A stretch of DNA of 64,000 nt from Octopus bimaculoides (Eukaryota), in the NCBI RefSeq assembly GCF_001194135.2, contig NC_068997.1, positions 4,011,074-4,075,073 on the forward strand, given 5' to 3'. Every line of letters starts with the position of its first letter. Position 1 is the first letter of the stretch. Positions 55,097-64,000 of the stretch are shown here, piece by piece. The notes beneath the pieces are model-generated. The model did not search any database, was not told the origin of the DNA, and saw only the letters and a list, made by a program, of their open reading frames with translations. The position numbers were made by a program, and so were the translations under genes.

Positions 55097-55181
55097 GTAT
55101 TTTCTGAGCTTCATTGCCGTAAGCCTGGATTATATATAAGGTAAATACTGCAAGGAGCAAACTTATGGCTTGGCTTTGCAT
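55097..55181 (-). CDS. LFRFamide: LFRFamide neuropeptide precursor, first coding exon (signal peptide): MQSQAISLLLAVFTLYIIQAYGNEAQKI + 1 nt
   Basis: Read manually on the minus strand. Acceptor ...ttcctctttccag| at 55190, 8 nt of UTR, ATG at 55181, 28 codons plus C, then a consensus donor |gtgagt at 55096. Hydrophobic core (ISLLLAVFTLYII) with an A-Y-G cleavage motif. The phase-1 end matches the phase of the downstream exon. Confidence 0.9.
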
Positions 55182-55214
55182 ACTGGTCTCTGGAAAGAGG
55201 AATAAGATGGATAG

Positions 55215-55425
55215 ACGAGTTAGTGACAGAGTCAGTGTGAGGGTGAGTCAATACCTCTATATGGGTGAGTGAGTGTGTGTTTGGCCGAATGAGTGAGTGA
55301 ATGAGTAAGTGAATAAGTGAGCAGGTGAATGATTGAGTGAAACAGTGGCTGAGTGTTTTAATGAGTGAGTGTATTTCTGAATGAGTGCGTGGGTGAGTGA
55401 GTGAGTGAGTGAGTGAGTGAAGGAA
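55215..55425. repeat. (GAGT)n/(GAGTGAAT)n array just upstream of the LFRFamide signal-exon acceptor
   Basis: Direct inspection. Confidence 0.85.
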
Positions 55426-55748
55426 CGAGGGGCTGAAAGAGTGCAAATAATATTTCTAAAATGACGGGGGCACAATGGTGAATATATTAAGACATAAATT
55501 CGAATATTGAATAATTAAGGGAAATATTTAATAGAAAGGCTTAGTAAAAGTTGACAGACATTGGCGTGGAGGGACTAAGACATACAGAGGTTATGAAAAG
55601 TAAACAGAAAAATATGAAAACAGAGAGAGTGGGAGATATAGAGATAGAGTGAGAAAGAAAAGACGGAAAGGATATACAATCTGTGGGGGGGGCGAGGGTC
55701 AGGTGTGCTTCTATCAACACATACACGCACACTCACACGTACATGCGT

Positions 55749-55788
<40 letters not shown>

Positions 55789-55866
55789 GTGCATATATAT
55801 ATGTATTTATATTTATGCATGTATATATGTATATTCCTCTGTATATTTGCGTGTATACATACACAC

Positions 55867-56870
<1,004 letters not shown>

Positions 56871-57026
56871 TAATGCTTCTCCTGTCCGCCTTTGTATCGT
56901 CAATCTGTCTGAATGTTTTATTGTCCATTATAGCGTTTTTCTTCCATATATATATATATATACATATATATATACATACACATACATACATACATGTATA
57001 TATATATGTATATTATATTATATAAA

Positions 57027-57250
57027 GACGGTGAGCTGGCAGAAACGTTAGCGCGTTGGGCGAAATGCTGTTACATCTGCTATTACGTCCTGAATTCAAA
57101 TTCCGCTGAGATCGACTTTGCCTTTCATCCTTTCGGGGTCGATAAATTAAGTACCAGTTACGCACTGGGGTCGATGTAATCGAATTAATCCCTCTGTCTG
57201 TCCTTATTTGTCCCATCTGTGTTTAGCCCCTTGTGGGCAATACAATAAAG
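57027..57250 (+). mobile_element. tRNA-derived SINE, family A (best full copy)
   Basis: Head gacggtgagctggcagaaacgttagc (A-box-like), B-box-like gaattcaaattcc, and body gactttgcctttcatcctttcggggtcgataaattaagtaccag. Recurs at ~5431-5580(-), 9105-9240(-), 14560-14665(-), 21045-21145(+), 26255-26410(-), 34025-34380(+, two), 40501-40617(+), 60584-60775(+) and 61172-61520(+). Confidence 0.85.
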
Positions 57251-57306
57251 ATATATATGTATATTAATGTATGTATGTATATTTATTTAGTTATGAATAT
57301 GTATGC

Positions 57307-57339
<33 letters not shown>

Positions 57340-57477
57340 CATAGGCACATACTGCACAAACCCGCACGATAATTAGACATATAATCCTGAGATTGTTAAT
57401 TTGCAGCAAATGCATGTGTGTATGAATATAAGTGTGGGTATGTCTGTGTCTGTATGTATTAGATAGTTAGTTTGGTT

Positions 57478-57547
<70 letters not shown>

Positions 57548-57548
57548 C

Positions 57549-57628
<80 letters not shown>
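57478..57628. repeat. (GATA)n tetranucleotide microsatellite (others at ~7870-7960, 34590-34650, 37425-37497)
   Basis: Direct inspection. Confidence 0.95.
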
Positions 57629-57630
<2 letters not shown>

Positions 57631-58423
57631 GCAACTAGCATTATTAGTTATTCAATCCGTGCTGCGAATCTGAAGTTGTTGAAATATGATTTGTAGCTGA
57701 TTTTCAATTATCCTTTGAATCAAATTAATTAACCAAATCTGATTGGCTAACTGACCCTGACATTTGGTCAATAGACACTCATTAGAGTGTATGACTTCAC
57801 GTATTTGTTCAGATTCTCTACGCTCTGAGTTCAAATTACGCCGCGGTCATGTTTCGTCATCTCAAAGTCAACAAATAAAGTTTTACCCCTGGGGGTACTT
57901 TACCGGAATTGGGAATAGATGATTCCGTGATATTTAATTTGTCTGGGTTCTCTGATAGCAGATTTAATCCACCAACAGTTTCAACGCACCATTTTCTCCT
58001 TGAGTTCTAGAATCTAATCTCTTGTCAACCAGTTTAACACCACGATCTGGTCCATGGGTAGTTTTAGTGATGTCCACTCTGTTGTTACCCGGTTTAACAC
58101 CACCACGTGCTCCTTGGGTAACTTTCGTAGAGTCTATTCTGTTGCAACCCTTCAAGTCAGCTATCTCGTTTGTGCAATAACTTATTGCTTCCTCCAAGTG
58201 ATACCCAGAGTGCATGATAAAAAAGAGCAGTAGTGTAATGGATGCTGTCTGTTTCTTCCTGACAAAATGCTTCTTAGAGCTGTCATCTATAGAACGAAGT
58301 TTTTGCGAATGAAGAATACAAACAACTGAGATTACAGGATAATTACTAACGTGATCTGAGAATCTACTGGAAGTGAAACAGATTATATCATTTCTTCACT
58401 TCGTGGTAGAGTTCCTTCACTCG

Positions 58424-58578
58424 TTTATAAAAATCACAAAACCTGCTGGATTCACTTTGCGATTATTTTTCAACAATAGTGTTTATTATGAAGCGAAAGA
58501 CAGTTTTTCGTCTCTAACTACTACTACTACATGATTGCTTCTAAAGACTCATTGCTGCTTCAGATTATCATTACGTCA
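58424..58578 (-). promoter_or_regulatory. Candidate promoter (TATAAA at 58429-58424, CRE-like TGACGTAA at 58578-58571), possibly for the non-coding first exon of LFRFamide
   Basis: The signal-peptide exon begins with a splice acceptor, so an upstream exon is implied. The motifs are seen in unique sequence on the correct strand. Assignment to this gene is inference only. Confidence 0.2.
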
Positions 58579-58656
58579 CCATCCTGTTTTGTTGTGTATT
58601 ATGATGTTAAATCAGTTGGGGTTCATTCAACACAACATATGTATGTATGTATGAAA

Positions 58657-58698
<42 letters not shown>

Positions 58699-58984
58699 TA
58701 AAAATATGTTTCAAAAAGAATATTTATCTATAAATTATCTATAATTCAAAAAGAAATTTATCTATAAGGATTATTGTAAAAATAGCAGTTTGTACATGCG
58801 CTTCTGTTTGGTTAATCTATATATATATATCAACGGCTCCACCAAATCAGATCTATTTTAAAAGGTAATAGTACCACATCCTACGTGTGTTAACACGTAA
58901 TTTTTTTCATTTCGTTAAAACAATATAATATTCTATAGAGATAATGTTTCTATAGTCAATTATAGTACAGGACAATTTATACGA

Positions 58985-59366
58985 GGACGACGACAACATG
59001 ACATTTTCTATATGAGTGTTTATGTGTCTGTCAGTGTATGTGTGTGAGCGTATAAATATATATATGTCTCTCAGTGTGTCTGTGTTTCCGCCTCCGACGA
59101 GAACGTCACATTTTGTATATGAGTATCTATGCGTCTATGAGTGTATGTGTATGATTGTATGAGTGTGCATGTGTTTCCGCGTTAGGAACGTTATTCAACA
59201 TAGACAAACACATCTACACATACATATACATGTGTGACGTCTGAGATGCGTAAATGTATGTTTGTGTGTATCTCGTTTACTATATAGTATAACAGCCCAC
59301 GATTGTCAATATGTAATTTTTTCTATTTCCATTAAAACAATATAGCATTTCATAGACGCTTTATAT

Positions 59367-59403
<37 letters not shown>

Positions 59404-59765
59404 CGCGCGTTCGATACGTACGAGATAGTGAAAGACATTTTATATCACGACGGCGATAATGTCACATTTTGTATATGAATGTGTATGTGTCTGTGAGTGT
59501 ATGAGTGTGTATGTCTCTGTGACTGCGTGTGTGTTTTCACGTTAGATACGTTATTAAACATACACACACATCTGCACATACATATAGATATGTGACGACT
59601 GAAATGCGTGAATGCATGACTGTATGTGTCTCTCTTACTATATATAGATGTGACTGTATGTGAGAGTGTATATGTGTGTGTATTTTGTTTATAAATGTGT
59701 GTGTGTGTGTGAATGTGTGAGTGTTTGCGCGTTCGTTACGTACGTTATTTAACACAAACATACAT
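58985..59765. repeat. Degenerate ~355-bp duplication with internal TG-rich subrepeats
   Basis: gtcacattttgtatatga at ~59105 and ~59461. gttag..acgttatt.aacata.aca.acacatct.cacatacatata.atgtgtgacg recurs at ~59180 and ~59540. Confidence 0.75.
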
Positions 59766-60023
59766 ATACCAACGTGACAAGAACGGATGGAGGTGAAGCT
59801 CTTGACAAACAAAAATTAGGTGGCACGTCCAAGGTATATAAAAATACATATTTCCCGTTCAATTACCAGTTCATAATTAGCGCAGCATTTGCAAGGTTGC
59901 AAAGTATTACACTGAATACAAAAATACAGACATACTACATACATACAACTGCTTACAAAAATAGAGATTGATGTATATTTTTTCTATGTTCATAATGTTG
60001 ATTACAATATTGAAAAACAAAAT

Positions 60024-60540
60024 ATGCCACCAAAGAAAAACCGTAATCTTTCCAGAAACATCTATCAAGCAAGGAGAATTGCAGAAAACCAAAGGCGAAA
60101 GTCTCAAGAGATAAGGGAGATGAGACTTACTCAAGATCAGAAAAGGCATGCTACTATACATACAGTATCTAGAGAGAAGGGAGATGAGATTTTCTCAAGA
60201 TCAGTGAAAGCACGCTGCAGCACACCCAGATAGAGTTTCAAGAGAGAAGGAAGATGAAACTTTCCCAAAGGCATGCAGTTGCACTTAATGGTGAATCATT
60301 AAAACAACGTTTAGTGCGCCAGATTACACAGAGCTCCAATAGAATAGCTCTAAGAAATAGACCATGTACAAACTGGTTCTTCACAACTCCTGGAGCTGCT
60401 TTCAGATATGAACCATCCCATTCTTATAAAATTATTATGATTTCCATATTGGTGTGCTAAACTAAAATTGTCGTTTCTCCAAAGCTTTAAAACTTACTCC
60501 ACAAATGTTTTATCGTCAATGCTGCAGTTTACTGTATCAC
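60024..60540 (+). mobile_element. Helitron Rep/Hel N-terminal remnant
   Basis: MPPKKNRNLSRNIYQARR...REMRLTQDQKR (charged coil), then AFRYEPSHSY..FHIGVLN.NCRF.KAL, like the Helitron N-terminal AFxYDP...IGxM...C.FC.ALK motif. Frameshifted. Confidence 0.6.
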
Positions 60541-61171
60541 CTGTTTCAGCATAACTGTAATGCATATATATATATATATATAAGGCGAGCTAGCAGGAAC
60601 GTTAGCACGCCGGGCGAAATGCTTAGCGGTATTTTGTCTCTCTTTACGTTCTGAGTTCAAATTCATCCTTTCAAGGTCGATAAATTAAGTACCAGTTAAA
60701 TACTGGGGTCGATCTAATCGACTGTCCCCTCTCCCAAAATTTCGGGCCTTGTGCCTACAGTAGAAAAGAATATATCTGTANNNNNNNNNNNNNNNNNNNN
60801 NNNNNNNNNNNNNNNNNNNNNNNNNNNNNNNNNNNNNNNNNNNNNNNNNNNNNNNNNNNNNNNNNNNNNNNNNNNNNNNNNNNNNNNNNNNNNNNNNNNN
60901 NNNNNNNNNNNNNNNNNNNNNNNNNNNNNNNNNNNNNNNNNNNNNNNNNNNNNNNNNNNNNNNNNNNNNNNNNNNNNNNNNNNNNNNNNNNNNNNNNNNN
61001 NNNNNNNNNNNNNNNNNNNNNNNNNNNNNNNNNNNNNNNNNNNNNNNNNNNNNNNNNNNNNNNNNNNNNNNNNNNNNNNNNNNNNNNNNNNNNNNNNNNN
61101 NNNNNNNNNNNNNNNNNNNNNNNNNNNNNNNNNNNNNNNNNNNNNNNNNNNNNNNNNNNNNNNNNNNNNNN

Positions 61172-61520
61172 CGAGATCGACTTTGCATTTCATCCTTTCG
61201 GTGTCGATAAATTAAGTATCAGTTGCGTGCTGGGGTCGATCTTATCGATTGGAACCCTCCCCAAAATTTTCGGGTCTTGTGCCGAGAGTGGAAAAGAATA
61301 TATTCTTTCTCTCGAGGCGGCGAGCTGGCAGAAACGTTAGCACGCCGGATAAAATTCTTAGCGGTATTGCGTTCAAATTCTACCGAGGTCGACCTCGCCT
61401 TTCGTCCTTTCGGGATCGGTAAATTAAGTACCAGTTGCCTACTGAGATAGATCTAATCGACTGCTCCATACTGGGGTAGATCTAACCACTCCCCCAAAAT
61501 TTCGGGCCTTGTTCCTAGAA
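61172..61520 (+). mobile_element. Cluster of 2-3 tandem/nested SINE family A copies
   Basis: Repeated gtcgataaattaagta.cag and ccccaaaattt.cggg.cttgt segments, with a new head gaggcggcgagctggcagaaacgttag at ~61315. Confidence 0.8.
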
Positions 61521-62038
61521 AAAATGAATATATTCTTACTCTCTTAATACGATTGTAATTACAGTTCACATATCTTGATTCACTACATTAAGCGTGTCAA
61601 CACCAACTTTTATTGTGTGGTTTGTATACAGAAGGCGTCTCTAGACATTTTTATCCCGGTATTAACGAAAATTTACCGCCGAAATCAAATACGCATCAAT
61701 CAACGTCAGCAAGAAGCTACAGTCTTTAGTCTCGTGGGTAGTGTTGATTAACGATACAGTATTACCTTACCATATAACTAGTAACCATATAATATGGACG
61801 GTTAAATGTGTAATTTGATCCTCGGATTAAATATTCGAAAAGTCTTTAATGGTTTTTCAATTAATATTCATCAACGATTGATTTACTGTGATTTCGTCTT
61901 TTTGACGGAAATTATTAAAACTAAATAATTCTATAAACTGAAGCAAAAATTATTTGTTTATTTGAAAATTCTTGAAGTAAATGTGAACTCACTTTTTTGT
62001 CTTTCCTCTGTCTTTTATTTCCGTCTCTCTGAATCTTC

Positions 62039-62079
<41 letters not shown>

Positions 62080-62227
62080 TCTCTCTCTCGCTTTACATTT
62101 CTTTTTCTAGCCCTCTACTCTGTGTCACTCTCAATTTTTATCACTCATTTTAGAAATTTCAATCCCTCACTCTTTCTATTTTTCACCCAGTCTATGTATT
62201 CATCTATTTTAATCTTTATTTATACCA

Positions 62228-62301
<74 letters not shown>

Positions 62302-62979
62302 TCACACTCCGCCCACCCGCCATCTATCAATTTTTCTCTTTTTAATTATTCTCTATCTGCTTGCCACTTTCGTCTATCTCTTTGCTTCTCTCTGTCATTC
62401 AATCACTATCTATCCGTCTCTCCCACACTGTTTTTCACTCTCTATATATATTTCTATCTATCCGTCGTTAGCTCTCCCTCCTTCTTATAATTACACTGTA
62501 ACTCTTCCGTTCTTTGTCGTTCTTTTTGTCATTATTTCTACGTATCTCCCTTCTCTCTCTCATTCTTTCTGTCTGTTTCTCTTTTTTTCTCTCGCTTCTT
62601 CTCTCTCCACCCACTCTCTCTCTCTCTCTCTCCCTTTCACTCTTCCTGGCGTACAATCTAAAAAGAGGACATGAATGATGGCTACAAACGACGACACACA
62701 CACAACCATGTCATGAAAGCCACCTTCTCTTAATTGCGATTATTACAGACCATAATGTTTTATCAAAGATACGGCCTCTCATTCACCTCGAACATTGACA
62801 CAAACCGCCCCAGCTTAATTAAATTTTACTTCCTTAACCACTCAGTAAATTATCTGGTGTTGTTATTTGAAACTGTTTGAAGATTTTCTAACTAATTTCG
62901 TAACAATCATTCATTTTGTGTCTAGTTGTAACTTCAAAGGAGAAAATTTAGTTCTGTTTGAAATAATCACAGCAGATTG

Positions 62980-63191
62980 TTATTTAGTCAAGTACAATGG
63001 CGTTTCAATTAATTTGTCGCTTGGTTTAACATATTTAAACATAATTCTCTTCAATATGGTTCGCAGCGCTGACAAAAGAGCCTCTGGACCTTTGGTTGCT
63101 TTTAATATAGTCCATGCTGTTGCGGACAACCTGTTAAGATCTTCGTTTGAAAATACTTTCCACATTCCACTCGCAAGTTTTGGAGATACCC
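62980..63191 (-). CDS. Probable terminal coding exon of an unidentified gene starting beyond the window: (G)VSPKLASGMWKVFSNEDLNRLSATAWTILKATKGPEALLSALRTILKRIMFKYVKPSDKLIETPLYLTK*
   Basis: Non-repetitive, protein-like 70-codon frame preceded by an acceptor (tgctttttgctttcgttag| at 63192) and ending in TAA. No family recognised. Confidence 0.45.
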
Positions 63192-64000
63192 CTAACGAAA
63201 GCAAAAAGCACTGATCCATTACCACCACCACTGCCCACTCTTATCGATTAAATCATTTGTTAAAAGGCGTAGAGATAGTTTGCTTTTTTAACGAACGATG
63301 AAAATATTGGTTTAAATTTTAGGAAAATGGAAAGACTTCTCATACGCTCTCGAGAAGAAAGGTAAATGACGAGTGAGGGAATATAAGTGAATTGGAATGT
63401 TTTTAAACTAGAATTGAATTAAAACCATGATGCAGTTTTAGATTTCTGAAGACCGATCTTACCATTTTGTTATGAAAAAGAGCAGCACGCTTGCCTCTTT
63501 CCCAGGGATTCCGGGAATAGACGGAAGAGTGAATTGTAGAGGCAGAAAATTATCTTTAGACCGAGGGCCTGTCCCGAATATTTTCAGAAGTGTGGACTCC
63601 GCTCATAATACCCAAGGTTCAGGTGGTGGTGTTATTGGTATTGGCGATAGGGTGGGTTGGCGTTGTTTGAGCTGGTGGTGGTGGTGGGTGGGTGGGTGAT
63701 TGGGGTGGAGCTAGTGATGATGGAGCTGGTGTTCTTGGAGGTAGTGATAGCTACCACAGTGCATAGAAATTTGCCATTCATTACTGAACGGAACAGATTT
63801 AATAGAATTCAACTTTCGATCTAATTCAGTGTTATTTAGTTTAAAAACGCTCTCTCATACTGCTCTCGGTCAGCCGTCACTGAGCTGACCAGACCATGAG
63901 AAAAGACGGTCAAACCGTGACTAATCCGTCATTGTTTCAAGTACCCAGGATTACAATACCCTGGATACAGATATCGCATTCTTCCAGGGTGTGATTTGAA

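Noticed and set aside
57027-57110. tRNA-like A/B boxes
   Set aside because: No complete cloverleaf, and followed by a shared SINE body in more than 10 copies. These are SINE heads, not tRNA genes.
62867-63214. 115-aa plus-strand ORF
   Set aside because: Starts at TTG, lacks splice context, and is best explained as the antisense shadow of the minus-strand exon candidate.

Overview
Eukaryotic, AT-rich, microsatellite-saturated draft-scaffold DNA with many N gaps. It is inferred to be from a coleoid cephalopod, most likely Octopus, based on the neuropeptide precursor and the repeat landscape. Nearly all ORFs in the supplied track are artefacts of simple repeats or gaps. The one well-supported host gene is a minus-strand LFRFamide (FaRP2-type, sNPF-related) neuropeptide precursor. 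I reconstruct it from two coding exons: 55181-55097 (signal peptide, missed by the ORF track) and 52500-52028. The joined product is 185 aa with 7 predicted amidated peptides (NSLFRFa, SGVFRYa, TLFRFa, TIFRYa, SNFFRYa, [SR]TVFRYa, PHTPFRFa) plus one apparently decayed copy. A probable terminal exon of an unidentified upstream gene lies at 63191-62980. The rest is a graveyard of decayed mobile elements: Penelope-like, R4/Dong-like and Hero/NeSL-like REL-endonuclease LINEs, an L1/Tx1-like LINE, two mariner families, a Chapaev3-like transposon, a Helitron remnant, several tRNA-derived SINE families and foldback/MITE-like hairpins. Second-look items include two LINE families each abutting a different microsatellite, a chimeric insertion bracketed by a 47-bp duplication, related long hairpins, and two short open frames with frame-preserving internal repeats. 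No CRISPR, rRNA or bona fide tRNA genes were found. Family assignments rest on recalled motifs, not database searches, and TE and repeat boundaries are approximate.
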